Assembly: GCA_002269645.1 (NCBI GenBank)
Contig: NIVC01000158.1
Location: forward strand, 310,001 to 374,000
Length of the DNA: 64,000 bases
Direction of reading: 5' to 3'
Source of the DNA: Macrostomum lignano
Taxonomy: Eukaryota
This document shows, piece after piece, positions 1 through 16,236 of this stretch; within the stretch, counting starts at the first letter, position 1; every line of letters starts with the position of its first letter. The position numbers and the translations under genes were made by a program. The notes beneath the pieces were generated by a model, which was not told the origin of the DNA, did no database searches, and saw only the letters and a list, made by a program, of their open reading frames with translations.

Positions 1-659
1 GATGAGAAATAGGTCGAGCGAAGCCACCCAAAATTTCGCTGGAACTCCCCCCCCCACAAAGTCTGCGTAGCCGCATGCAATCAGTGCGGGTGGCTTGAAG
101 CTATTTTGCATATCTGTTTCCGTCAACAAGGCCAGCAGCTTCAAAGCAGGGCTTCCCATCGTGCGGGCGCAAGTCGCAATATCCATACTGGTCTTTTGTC
201 TTCTTCCTGTTAATTTATTTTCCTCTGACCCCTCGCATGGTAGCTGGAATTCATAATCTTCTCCTGGACAGGAAAAGGACTGCGGAATCCCAAGCTTTGA
301 TTAGTGGCCAAGGATTTAAACAAACCCCAGCGCATGAACCCGTGGGCTTCTCACTGCGGGAGATGGCGGTACTGCAGAGAAGGGAGTGGCGATGGAACCG
401 GGGTTCTTAGACCCAGAAATTTTGGTTGGGAATGTTTTCATGCTCTTTTTGCAACAGAAATGACTGGAACAATGACAAAGTACGCACACCCCGGTGCTCT
501 TAGCAAGTGGTGCTCATAGGGAAAACTCTCAGCAATATTGTGAGCATAGCACACACACACACACACAGACAGAGAAAGAACTCTAATTACAAATACACAG
601 GGAAAACATTGAAAGCACTTGGACTGCAAAGAGAATTGGGAAGGGAGTGGAGAGATAGC

Positions 660-660
<1 letters not shown>

Positions 661-712
<52 letters not shown>
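661..712. repeat. (GA)n microsatellite
   Basis: About 26 perfect AG units. Confidence 0.97.
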
Positions 713-715
<3 letters not shown>

Positions 716-1245
716 TGCGAGAGCAAGAAGCTTGAGCAACTGAAGCCACTCACAGAGACGAAAAAGTTGCCTGCATAAACGACACGGCGCGGAGCAAAGA
801 GTGAAGCTGAAGCGATGTAGAAGCTGAAAGAGTTGCAGCTTAAGCTACTATCAGGCCATGAGTGGAGTCGGTGTGTGAGTGCGTGAGTGCGGCCGCGACA
901 CGGTTTTGGCGGGGAGATGGAGGAGCGTGAGTGAAGGAGCAAGAGGTGGAGGCGCAGACAGGACTAATGGTGTTTAGCCGCGCTAGAAGCCTCAAGTGTA
1001 GCATCTGGAGTTCATTCTCTTTCCTGCAGCAGTTTCATATTAGCCCAGACAGACAAAGCGCCCGCCGACTACAAAGGGCGAGGAAAGGCTGGCTGTATGG
1101 GCGGCGAAGTTTGTTCCTTTAGAGCGGTTTGTCCCAGAATCCTATGAATTCCGGAAGTCTGTGTACTTTTTTAGGCTTGAGATGTTTGTTACCAAATAGC
1201 AAGGGTCATCATTCAAATGACTATCCCCTTCTTAAAAGGTCTCAC

Positions 1246-2380
1246 CGATTGGTACGAACAGGGACCTGGCCAGGAAGGGAAAGGACAGCAGGAAGATGGT
1301 GTGCCCCACGTCAGTCTTGTACATCTGGTGATAGTAGCTCTGCATGCACACCGAGCTGATCTGGAATGTCCAGTCGTCCGCCGCGTAGGTGAAGAATATG
1401 GCGTACACCTGTCGCGACTTGAAGATCTCCTTCCAGGGTATGCGAAGCCTGCGGTGAGCAAACAGCACCTTCTTGGTGATGCTGGACTCCAGGTACAGTC
1501 GTTCCTGCTTGCCGAGATTCTTGTCCTTCAACGGTTTCTCGTCGATCAGGCGCCACCAGAAGATGCACCAGATCAGGCCGATGTTGGCGTAGATGTAGAA
1601 TACCACCGCCCAGCCCCAGTGGTTCTCGATCTCCTGGCACACGGGCAGGCCGATCAGCGGGCCGAGGGACACCCCGATGACGGCGAAGCACAGCAGGGAG
1701 GAGCGCTCGCCCTCCGGGCCCCAGAAGCGCATCACTCCAAACACAGCGGGGATGAGGCAGCCCTCCGCCAGACCCTGCAGCAGCCGGAGCACCACAATCA
1801 CCGTGATTGAAGCGGAGATGTCGGCCGTAATCTGCGTCACCAGCGGCAGGAACAGGTTGAGTCCGCAGGTGAGCGCCACGGAGCAGCCCAGCAGCAGGGA
1901 GCTGTCGTGGTGCACAGTCAGGTAGCCCCCGAGCGGGCTGGCCACCAGGTAACCAATAAACACCGAGTTCTCAATCAGATCGTTGGCCGTGTTCTGCCAG
2001 GGCATCTTGCGATGCGTCATCGGCTGGAAGATGCTGCCGCTGCTGCCACTGCTGCCGGAACGAGTTGTCGCTGCAATCGTGGTGTTGAGGTTCGCCTTGC
2101 GGTTCAGGTAGTCCATGATGGCCACCATCTCGGCGCGCATGCCGATCACCACGGTGAGGCCGAGCGAACACAGCAGGGCGATCAGGTAGCGCTTGCGGCC
2201 CGGCCCGCAGCAGCAGAACACCGGGTCTCGGCGGTTGCGGCGGCCGCGGACAACACCCCCGTCGTTGCTGCCTCTGCCGCAATCGTCTCCGTCTCTGGCG
2301 CCGCCGGCGTAGCTGCCGTCGACCTGCGGATTTTCGCCGTAGAACAGAAGCGAAGCGGAGGGCGAGACCGGTCCCGCCAT
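1246..2380 (-). CDS. SLC17/anion:cation symporter (VGLUT/sialin-like MFS), first coding exon; the rest is probably left of the window
   Basis: RYLIALLCSLGLTVVIGMR (TM1 Arg) and QGLAEGCLIPAVFGVMRFWGPEGERS match SLC17 motifs. ATG at 2380 (ORF open to 2440); G|GTGAG donor at 1245. No downstream exon recognised in 1-1245. Confidence 0.85.
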
Positions 2381-2992
2381 GCCTCGCTGGTGGCTTTCCG
2401 CCGAAGTCTCGTGAGCTGATGTACTTTTCAGTTTGAGCACTCTGTTCCCTTAGCCAGATTTTTTTGCGAGCGCATCTAGCAAGGTTTTGAGCACTCAGCA
2501 CGGCTGTTCTCAGCTTGGCTGACAATGCTGGCGCCCGAGACGTCGCTGATGAAGGCTGGCGGGAGGCTGATTCGCGACCCTCCAGCTGAGCCAATTGGCA
2601 GCGCACTAAGCCAGTCTTCAATGAAGGGGAGAGGGAACTCCGGGAGCGGGGATTAAAATAGGCGGAGGTGGGGCAGGCCGGGCCCGGGGAAGGGAAAGTC
2701 TCAGCCTCCAGCAGGACTCTTTGTCGCCAACCCCAGCCCGATCCGAAAAGCTGCATTCACAACTGCAGCAGCCGAAGCGAAATCCGTGCGGCAGAGAGGG
2801 AGAGGGAAGGCGGGGGAGACAGAGGCAGCGGAGACATCTGGGCAGCCGGCAGGTTAATTTCCGCTCCGACGCCGTCGCTAGCTGTGGCTCAGCGCCTCCT
2901 GGACTTCAGACACTTCGCGCCCGCTGTCTTCGGCTCAGCCTGCCGGATTCGGCCTTCCGATTCTGCCGTGGGGATAGAATTCAAAGCGAGCT

Positions 2993-3000
<8 letters not shown>

Positions 3001-3073
<73 letters not shown>
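3001..3073. repeat. (TC)n microsatellite
   Basis: About 36 perfect TC units. Confidence 0.97.
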
Positions 3074-3076
<3 letters not shown>

Positions 3077-3727
3077 ACTGCAGTCCCTCATCCTCCGTAT
3101 CATCTTGTCCCGGCCATATTGCCATGTCACCAAGGGAGGCAAAATAAAATTTTACTGAAAGTCAAGCTTAAGTGCGGCCGCTAAAGCTGCTGTCTTTCCT
3201 GTCACAGAAATCCCCGGATTATCCTTCCCGCACTGACTGACTCGTCTCTATGCCTTTCTGTATTTGCTCCCCTCTCAGTGGGGAAGATTATCCCACTGGA
3301 TGCCGAATCCTCTGGTTGGGGATAAAGGAGCTATAAAGCACAGCTGTTTGGTTATCTTCATCCCACCTGCTCTGCAAAGGGATAAAAGACAATAAAGACT
3401 AGAGAGGGCAGTAAGCTGTGGGGGTGGGGGGTTGCCTGACCGGCCTCAGCTCGGCGCAAAGAGGCCCGGCTCTGCCTACCCACCTGCCTTCCTACCTGGC
3501 AATTAGTTACTATCGCCGGCAGTCGATAATTCTGCGTGATTGATCGGTTCGTATTTGTCCACTCTGCCCCTCAGCCTCTTCCCCTCTGGCATGCTCAACG
3601 AGTGAGAATTGCTCTGAGGAGGCGGCCTGGGCTCAGTGCTGGAGTTCTGGCAGCAAATAGATTTCTAGACAAGAAAGCACGCTTCGACTGTCTCGCGCGG
3701 TTTCCCTTAGACGGTCTGTGTTCCTAC

Positions 3728-5648
<1,921 letters not shown>

Positions 5649-8195
5649 CACCGACAAGCCATGCAAGAGCTTGCAGCCCAGTTGGATCAAGCAGCTACAT
5701 GCAGTACATGCATAATACAACACAGAGGTGCCAGGTCGCAGACAGCTCGCACACGCATTGCACGCATACAAATTCATTCTCTGAAGCGATAGGCCTGCCG
5801 AACGAATGCAAAGTCCCGGTTCAGCTCGCTGGACAGAGCAGAACAGAAAACTTTCCTCTCGTCCGTCTCTGATTTTTTGCTTTCCCGCAGAACAAGAATG
5901 CAGAGCTGAGCTGATAGAGTCGCACGCAATCGTGCAGTCGAGTTCGAGCTGAGAAAAATTCACTATTACGCCTCGCTTATCGGCCCCTCGAAATTAGGGC
6001 CAAGTTGCGGTGCTGCTATCTAGTTGCTACAGCTATACTTTAAGGTAAATAACGCACGCACACAAATGCCATAAGAGTATCGCAGCAAACAAGGAAACGG
6101 CTAAACAGTGCAAATTTCAGCAATTAGTGATCCGCCTCATCAGGTGAGTCTTTCGATGAGTTTGCAAGCAGGCACTGCAGGGCTATTCGTTTCAGATTTT
6201 TCCAACGAACAGTCAGGGACTGCGTTTCTAAGAAAATGTTTATGAGGCTGATTTTCGCCGAAAAATACACTACGGAGATTGGAAGTTTTTATTTTTTAAG
6301 CACAAAAAATGTTATTGCTTTTGATAGAAGACAGACCAAATGTTCATCTTTTGATATGTTGTGCCTTTCTTATAGCTCTTTCAATATTTACAAAGCTTTT
6401 CCTTCAGAAAATTCGGATTCTATATTAATTTTTTATTCTACGTACAATTGCACACGTCCCGTGCCTAAAAACCAATAAAATGGCACGGCTCGGCTCATTG
6501 GTTTTATGACCCTATTTTTTACTCTTAGCTGACTGTGCAACAATGTGTTTCAGAGATGATAGGTATACGTTGACCTCATTGATCTCCCCTGGATTCCCCG
6601 TCAACTTTTTCACCCACTTAAAGTTCGGATTTTCCTAAAATAAATAAAATTATTTGTGACTACAAAACCGCGGTTTCCCCGGGAAACTCAAAAATTAACT
6701 ATCGAGAATTTATATTCTTTTGGCTGCTTCTCAATTCTTCAGCTTTCAATCTGCCGTAATCCTGGTGACACTGAAGAATGGCGCCAGACCCACCTGTTTC
6801 CTGATTAAAATCAATCACTAGGCGCTGCTGCACTTCTCTTTTTCATGGAGAAACTATCGAATTGTTAACCAATTTATTCTCTGCAGTCCACTCGCCTCCA
6901 GACGAAATCTGTTGCTAACTATTGAAAACCTTCAACTCAGACAGTGCGCCTTTGGTGACGCTAAGGCGACCAAGCTTCTAGAATGGCTCTCAGGAAGCCT
7001 GCAACCAGCAGCTCGCCCTCAGATGAGGAGACGGAGTACACTCACGGTAAGGCAGTAATTAGTTTAAGCTCAACTCATTCATCAACCATATAGTTGTCCG
7101 CGATAGTTAATTAATTATTTTAAAAACAATTCAGAGAAGTTCGCGCGGATTCGAGGCTTCTGGGTGCAGAAAGGGTCCAGGCTGGAGATCCACACCACCA
7201 GGAGCGACATCTTCAGGTAGGCTTGTTTCCATGCTTGGTCCAAGAAACAGATTATATGTTAGAGTGGCGCTGATCTTGAGTCCACGTTGAGGTTGCGACT
7301 GGCAGTTGGGAGCTGTTTCGCGCAAGCTCCTTTGTCGATCCAGGCTCCAAGGACTACTAGACTAGACTAATATTACAGTGGTCCTTGTCCTTGACAACGA
7401 TACGGCACCTAAACTGCTGCACCTTAAACTCTTTCGAGCGTCCTGCGAAACTCACTCGGAGGAGGTCACTGCGGCACGTTGTTGACCTTTTGACCTTTTA
7501 GGGTCTTTTGTTGTTGTTCAGGCCTAAAAAAGAATGAAATTTTTGATATATCGCCCTAAAAATCCATTTTTCCAGTGCCGGTCAGCAGGCAAGCGCTTCA
7601 ACAGCGGTGTGCAAAGTCACCGCAGGACAGCCTTCACCACAGAAGCAGCAGCAGTCAGGGCCGCAGCAGCAGCAGCAGCAGCAGCAGCAGGAATTCTGCA
7701 TCAGGCGTTCGTCACCGACTCGAATGCCAAAGCAGCGACCATCCGCTGTTGTCATCAACAGCCGTCGGCCTGTCGAGTGCGCCTCGTCTCCGGTGATAAT
7801 GGGTGAGCCAAGCGCTGCAACGTTAAAGCCGTGCAATTTATTTTTCTAATTTCCATTTGTTTATCGGAAAAAGACGAGAGACAGATTGGTAATTGCAACG
7901 GCCGAATTTACCTTGAAAACAACCAATTAGCCCGAACTGACCCTGTTTGGCTCTTATGAAATTTATTTTTAGGTTCTACCTGTCGAGCCATGCATTCATT
8001 CATAGAATGTTTTCTGCGGCAGCATCTGTAATCTGTGGCAAAGAAATTTTTTGCAACATTCATACGTGTTTGTTGCTTCAATATCAGATTTCGGTCTAAA
8101 CGGGTCAGGGTGTCCCACAAAGGCCTGTGATTTTGCTTCAAAGGAAATCGATGGCAAGAATTTTATGCAACAAAGATTTTTCTGAAATCAATCAA

Positions 8196-8898
<703 letters not shown>

Positions 8899-9254
8899 AT
8901 ACACATAAATAGCATAAATAGACACTGAAACAATGCCAAATTTCCTGCAGCTGTAAGCGCCATTCAGTTCAACAGTCTTCTGTTGCAAGATCATCGTCGG
9001 CATATTAGCCGCACAGCATCTCGCACAGTTTCCATGATCTACTGTGAGTAGCATAGCGCGAGAATCAGTACCGGACATATTCAGCATGAATGTTATGACA
9101 TTTTCTAACAAAAATACTGACCTGCATGAGCAGCACCAGAAACATGTGAACTGCAGGCAATCAGTATTGAGGTTAACTTCAGTATTGATCGAATTTTAAA
9201 TTCCCAAGTGATTTGCATGTTACTAATTGTTTCAAACTACCTGCCTGTCTAGAC

Positions 9255-9500
9255 CAGGGGTTGGAAAACCTTTTTAATTCAAGTGTCAGATAAAGAATCC
9301 AGCTCATTGCTGCGGGCCAGATGAGAGAGGAAAGGAGAGGGAATAGAGGAGAGATAAGAGGGGAAGACTAGACAGGAGATTAGAGGATATATGAGACGCG
9401 GAGAGAAGAGACCTGAGAAGAGACGCAAACCTTGAGCGAACCGGATTGCTATTGTGAAGTTTCACGGGACCCGAGGACCGGATTTTACCGACCCCCACTG
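9255..9500. mobile_element. hAT (Charlie-like) MITE
   Basis: Ends CAGGGGTTGGAAAAC ... TTTTACCGACCCCCACTG; 8-bp flanks GTCTAGAC / GTCTAAAC fit the Charlie NTCTAGAN target. Confidence 0.7.
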
Positions 9501-10954
9501 GTCTAAACAATCACTGAACTGCCCTCTATAGATGCTACTTGAGTGAGTAATACTTTGGAAACTACCTAATATGTTTCTGCTTTCTGCGTTAGTTGCAAAA
9601 TCTTCGCTTTGAGTGCGGCATAGTGTAGTGTAGGTACCTAAACAAGTTTCTAACTTCATATTTCTGTGCAAAATTCTCTAACTTCGTACATTAGTATCGA
9701 GAGTTTGAAACGGTTTAAACAACGTATTAACAAACAACCGCCAACTGAATAAAAAAGCAGACAGAAGAAATATTGCGAATCTCGTTCATGTACGCTTGCA
9801 CCTCTTACCTCTAAGCCTCACCTTGCTGCGGGGTGTGTGTGTGCCACGAATACTTCGCCATACGGTATGTGGAGGTTATACCTGAATGCAAATGCAAGGA
9901 ATGAATACAAACAATCGTGCAATGCATTCGCTATCGCATGGCGTGAGAGTTGTGCAATGTCAGAGGCAGCCAGTGCTTGTGTGCGTGCGCAAAATGTCTG
10001 TCAGCCCCAGAGGGCGTCCTCTCTACCTCAGCCGACCAGCCCCCACGCTATCGGGTCTTGACTGCGTGCAGCCGCCGCCAACCACCGCATTCGAAAGAGT
10101 GCGAACAGGGCCCTAGTTATGTACAGCGTGCGGAAAGACCTCTGACCACCCACCCCCACCACCCGAGCACCCCAAAGCCTTTGCTAGCTGGAAGCGCGCT
10201 TGTAAAAACTGGTCAACGCTAAGAGGCAGAGGCCGGCTACCTTAGTCTTCTAATTTCTGCTTTTAGATACATTTCTTAGCCGGCTTTGCCACCATAGTTT
10301 TGTCTGACAAATTTCCAAGTTTTTCAAGCGAGCTTGGTTAACTGCCTGTGCAGAAAGTCGAGCTTCTTATTACTGGGAAGATTTTCATCTATAGCTGAGC
10401 AATGAAAAAAGCCCTAGCAAATCTTGCCCTGGGCTGCGTTGGGGCGCATGGAAGTGCTCAAAAAGAGAAAGAGTTGGCCGATAGATCCAGCCAGCCGATA
10501 GCCAAGCCAGATTGTAGCGCTGAGGATCTGGTAGCTGAAGGTAAGGTGACCCCCAAAACGTATCTGAAGCATTGAAACGCACATTGAAATGGCATCCGAT
10601 TTAAAACTTTTACTTTTATCATTTTTAGCCGGAAATGACAGCGTGCAGTCTATTAATGGGTGAGTGACGAATCTATACGTGTACATTTACATTATAGCTC
10701 GTGTAGTCATTGGTGAATGAATGCTCCTCTGTGATGGACCCGCAGCAGCGCTAGCCGCACGAGCAGCACGTCGGATGTCACCCGGACAGAACGAGCTGAG
10801 ATTTTTCTCAGGGTAAGATTTTACAGATGCATTAGATAGAGCAGCAGGCAGGACATTGAAAGCCAGTGTCAGATCTGGAGATTCTCGATAGAGGGTTGGG
10901 AGGTGACAAAGTCTTGGGCCAGTCGAAGGACCAACGCTCGTATTGGTAGCTTCC

Positions 10955-13900
10955 TAGCTCCATCGGATGAACCTGAGGGTAGCTCCATCGGATGAATCTG
11001 AGGGTAGCTCCATCGGATGAACCTGAGGGTAGCTCCATCGGATGAATCTGAGGGTAGCTCCATCGGATGAATCTGAGGTTAGCTCCATCGGATGAACCTG
11101 AGGGTAGCTCCATCGGATGAACCTGAGGTTAGCTCCATCGGATGAATCTGAGGGTAGCTCCATCGGATGAATCTGAGGTTAGCTCCATCGGATGAATCTG
11201 AGGGTAGCTCCATCGGATGAACCTGAGGGTAGCTCCATCGGATGAACCTGAGGGTAGCTCCATCGGATGAACCTGAGGGTAGCTCCATCGGATGAACCTG
11301 AGGGTAGCTCCATCGGATGAATCTGAGGGTAGCTCCATCGGATGAATCTGAGGTTAGCTCCATCGGATGAATCTGAGGTTAGCTCCATCGGATGAATCTG
11401 AGGGTAGCTCCATTGGATGAATCTGTGAGTTGCTCCATCGGATGAACCTGAGGGTAGCTCCATCGGATGAACCTGAGGGTAGCTCCATCGGATGAATCTG
11501 AGGTTAGCTCCATCGGATGAACCTGAGGGTAGCTCCATTGGATGAATCTGAGGGTAGCTCCATCGGATGAACCTGAGGGTAGCTCCATCGGATGAACCTG
11601 AGGGTAGCTCCATCGGATGAACCTGAGGGTAGCTCCATCGGATGAACCTGAGGGTAGCTCCATCGGATGAATCTGAGGGTAGCTCCATCGGATGAATCTG
11701 AGGGTAGCTCCATAGGATGAACCCGAGGGTAGCTCCATCGGATGAATCTGAGGGTAGCTCCATCGGATGAACCTGAGGGTAGCTCCATCGGATGAATCTG
11801 AGGGTAGCTCCATCGGATGAACCTGAGGTTAGCTCCATCGGATGAACCTGAGGGTAGCTCCATCGGATGAACCTGAGGGTAGCTCCATCGGATGAACCTG
11901 AGGGTAGCTCCATCGGATGAACCTGAGGGTAGCTCCATCGGATGAATCTGAGGGTAGCTCCATCGGATGAATCTGAGGGTAGCTCCATCGGATGAACCTG
12001 AGGGTAGCTCCATCGGATGAATCTGAGGGTAGCTCCATCGGATGAACCTGAGGGTAGCTCCATCGGATGAATCTGAGGGTAGCTCCATCGGATGAACCTG
12101 AGGGTAGCTCCATCGGATGAACCTGAGGGTAGCTCCATCGGATGAACCTGAGGGTAGCTCCATCGGATGAACCCGAGGGTAGCTCCATCGGATGAACCTG
12201 AGGGTAGCTCCATCGGATGAACCTGAGGGTAGCTCCATCGGATGAACCTGAGGTTAGCTCCATCGGATGAACCTGAGGTTAGCTCCATCGGATGAATCTG
12301 AGGGTAGCTCCATCGGATGAATCTGAGGGTAGCTCCATCGGATGAACCTGAGGGTAGCTCCATCGGATGAACCTGAGGGTAGCTCCATCGGATGAACCTG
12401 AGGGTAGCTCCATCGGATGAATCTGTGAGTTGCTCCATCGGATGAACCTGAGGGTAGCTCCATCGGATGAACCTGAGGTTAGCTCCATCGGATGAATCTG
12501 AGGGTAGCTCCATCGGATGAATCTGAGGGTAGCTCCATCGGATGAATCTGAGGGTAGCTCCATCGGATGAATCTGAGGTTAGCTCCATCGGATGAATCTG
12601 AGGGTAGCTCCATTGGATGAATCAGTGAGTTGCTCCATCGGATGAACCTGAGGGTAGCTCCATCGGATGAACCTGAGGGTAGCTCCATCGGATGAATCTG
12701 AGGGTAGCTCCATCGGATGAACCTGAGGGTAGCTCCATCGGATGAACCTGAGGGTAGCTCCATCGGATGAACCTGAGGGTAGCTCCATCGGATGAACCTG
12801 AGGGTAGCTCCATCGGATGAACCTGAGGGTAGCTCCATCGGATGAACCTGAGGGTAGCTCCATCGGATGAACCGAGGGTAGCTCCATCGGATGAACCTGA
12901 GGGTAGCTCCATCGAATGAATCTGAGGGTAGCTCCATCGGATGAACCTGAGGGTAGCTCCATCGGATGAACCTGAGGGTAGCTCCATCGGATGAACCTGA
13001 GGGTAGCTCCATCGGATGAACCTGAGGGTAGCTCCATCGGATGAACCCGAGGGTAGCTCCATCGGATGAACCCGAGGGTAGCTCCATCGGATGAACCTGA
13101 GGGTAGCTCCATCGGATGAATCTGAGGTTAGCTCCATCGGATGAACCTGAGGGTAGCTCCATCGGATGAACCTGAGGGTAGCTCCATCGGATGAATCTGA
13201 GGGTAGCTCCATCGGATGAATCTGAGGGTAGCTCCATCGGATGAATCTGAGGGTAGCTCCATCGGATGAATCTGAGGTTAGCTCCATCGGATGAATCTGA
13301 GGGTAGCTCCATCGGATGAACCCGAGGGTAGCTCCATCGGATGAACCTGAGGGTAGCTCCATCGGATGAACCTGAGGGTAGCTCCATCGGATGAATCTGA
13401 GGGTAGCTCCATCGGATGAATCTGAGGGTAGCTCCATCGGATGAATCTGAGGGTAGCTCCATCGGATGAATATGAGGATAGCTCCATCGAGGGACCTGTG
13501 GGTAGCTCCATCGAGGGACCTGTGGGTAGCTCCATCGAATGACCTGAGGGTAGCTCCATCGGATGAACCCGAGGGTAGCTCCATCGGATGAACCTGAGGG
13601 TAGCTCCATCGGATGAATCTGAGGGTAGCTCCATCGGATGAACCTGAGGGTAGCTCCATCGGATGAACCTGAGGGTAGCTCCATCGGATGAATCTGAGGG
13701 TAGCTCCATCGGATGAATCTGAGGGTAGCTCCATCGGATGAATCTGAGGGTAGCTCCATCGGATGAACCTGAGGTTAGCTCCATCGGATGAATCTGAGGG
13801 TAGCTCCATCGGATGAACCTGAGGGTAGCTCCATCGGATGAACCTGAGGGTAGCTCCATCGGATGAACCTGAGGGTAGCTCCATCGGATGAATCTGAGGG

Positions 13901-14340
13901 TAGCTCCATCGGATGAATCTGAGGTTAGCTCCATCGGATGAATCTGAGGGTAGCTCCATCGGATGAATCTGAGGGTAGCTCCATCGGATGAATCTGAGGG
14001 TAGCTCCATCGGATGAATATGAGGATAGCTCCATCGAGGGACCTGTGGGTAGCTCCATCGAGGGACCTGTGGGTAGCTCCATCGAATGACCTGAGGGTAG
14101 CTCCATCGAATGACCTGTGGGTAGCTCCATCGAATGACCTGTGGGTAGCTCCATCGAATGACCTGTGGGTAGCTCCATCGAATGACCTGTGGGTAGCTCC
14201 ATTGAATGACCTTTGGGTAGCTCCATCGAATGACCTGTGGGTAGCTCCATCGAGGGACCTGTGGGTAGCTCCATCGAATGACCTGTGGGTAGCTCCATCG
14301 AATGAACTGTGGGTAGCTCCATCGAATGACCTGTTGGTAG
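10955..14340. repeat. 25-bp minisatellite (GTAGCTCCATCGGATGAA[C/T]CTGAGG), ~135 copies, turning into a 24-bp variant at the right end
   Basis: Direct reading. Confidence 0.97.
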
Positions 14341-14906
14341 TACCATTCCAGTCTTGTGAATATTTCCAGGGTTAGCCACTGAGAGTTTTTGGTATTTAAC
14401 TGAAATTCCAAGTCATTATTTAGAATCGAATAAGAATTAAAGTGCATTGCAATCCTACGAAGTTGAGTTAGTTTGTTAAGCTACGAGCGTGCGTGAAACT
14501 CGTGGTCTAGCAGTGCGCTATCTATCCAGCTACATTTTACCAGCAACTAGACATGTGGCAAGTCTACAGTACGCTTTCAGTTGCAATCTAAAAGCTAGAC
14601 AGAAGTGTGGGAGAGCAAGGTTCATCATATTTTGTGCTTGCTCTAGAATCGTTTCTCTTTATTTTTTACTGTGCTAAGCAAATTTTTTTGCAATCTATTA
14701 AGTAATGTAGGAGGTTCTCTCCTGCACTGTTTCTTATGCGCGAAGCAATTTAATTCACTGTACAGATCTGCCTTGCTAATATTACAGACGAACTGGTTCT
14801 GTGCCCCTAGAAATTAGCGATTTCCTCCATTGCCCCCAGTGCGACTTTCTCTCGAGCAGTGCGCAATTCCTAGTTGCGAATCTGGCTAATGACCCGAGTG
14901 CTCGAC

Positions 14907-15030
14907 TATTGTAACACGATATAAAAGTGTAAAAGCGTGCATTAAACGCTAAAAGCGTGCTTAAATGGCTCGTGATCGTGTATTGGCTGGAGTCATTTAA
15001 TGCACGAGAAATATAAATCGTGTTACAATA
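14907..15030. mobile_element. Small fold-back MITE-like element
   Basis: TATTGTAACACGAT...ATCGTGTTACAATA outer arms, plus inner perfect 11-bp inverted repeat CGTGCATTAAA / TTTAATGCACG. Confidence 0.55.
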
Positions 15031-15366
15031 CTACTCAAAACTTGGTTTTTCTTGCTAAAAGTCTATGGCACTCAATAACCAAGTATATGAATCCGATATT
15101 GCTTTCTGCTTTTTGCAGCTTTATAGAAATTGGTAACCAGCAATCCTCGCCCACCTTTTTTGGAGGCAAGAAAGAAAGAAAAAAATTAATAAACTACATG
15201 TCCAGTCACCTTGTACAGTCACCACTTGATTTTTTAAGGAAATGGTGTCTGAAGTAAGAAAGCAATCCGATCTGAAAGAGCTATCTAGACTACGGTAGCA
15301 GCATCCCCTGTGAGCTTTGGCTCAAAGGATCTGAGTAACCCCTATGAGCCACAGCATTTCAGAATT

Positions 15367-16070
15367 CTTGACTTTTCAGCAATCCCCTCATGAGACTTGA
15401 CATCTCAGCAATCCCCCATCAGCCTTGACATCTCAGCAATCCCCCCATAAGCCTTGACATCTCAGCAATCCCCCATCAGCCTTGACATCTCAGCAATCCC
15501 CCCATAAGCCTTGACATCTCAGCAATCCCCCATCAGCCTTGACATCTCAGCAATCCCCCATCAGCCTTGACATCTCAGCAATCCCCCATCAGCCTTGACA
15601 TCTCAGCAATCCCCCCATAAGCCTTGACATCTCAGCAATCCCCCATCAGCCTTGACATCTCAGCAATCCCCCCATAAGCCTTGACATCTCAGCAATCCCC
15701 CCATAAGCCTTGACAACTCAGCAATCCCCCCATAAGCCTTGACATCTCAGCAATCCCCCATCAGCCTTGACATCTCAGCAATCCCCCATAAGCCTTGACA
15801 TCTCAGTAATCCCCCATCAGCCTTGACATCTCAGCAATCCCCCCATAAGCCTTGACATCTCAGCAATCCCCCATCAGCCTTGACATCTCAGCAATCTCCC
15901 CGTTAGCCTAGGCATCTCAGTGATTCCCCCCATCAGCTCAGCCTTGGTGTCTCAGCAATTCCCCCATAAGCCTTGGCGTCTCAGCAATTCCCCCATAAGC
16001 CCTGACATCTTAGTAATTTTCTCAAAGAGTCACAGTATAGCAATTCTCTCCGAGCCTTGACAACTTAGCA
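15367..16070. repeat. 28-29-bp minisatellite (AGCCTTGACATCTCAGCAATCCCCCATC)
   Basis: About 23 copies with degenerate edges. Confidence 0.95.
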
Positions 16071-16236
16071 AATCCCAAATGAATCTGTCACAATATGTTC
16101 GACATTACGCTTCTTAGCATTTGTTATTATTCTGCAGAATTTGAATTTTTTGAGTGGCACAAGAGCATACTGTCAAAGGAGTTGATGCTCCGTGTTCCTA
16201 TCTACATGTACATCTGTCATTGCTTCTGTCTTATAG

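Noticed and set aside
1217-1810. Antisense ORFs over GC-rich exons (also 43891-44592, 46311-47057, 30640-30993)
   Set aside because: Shadow frames of real opposite-strand genes.
6110-6145. Another CUGAUGA...GAAA pair on the minus strand
   Set aside because: Stem II is mostly G-U with no cleavage triplet; better read as a plus-strand splice donor (CAG|GTGAGT).
7370-7390. TA|CAGTGGTCCTT end matching 45987-46001
   Set aside because: Only a 14-15-bp match 38 kb apart, with no partner TIR nearby.
10832-14447. MELPSGSSDGATLRFIRWSYPQ ORFs, and a possible CRISPR-like array
   Set aside because: The 25-bp unit cycles through all frames; units are contiguous with no unique spacers and no cas genes.
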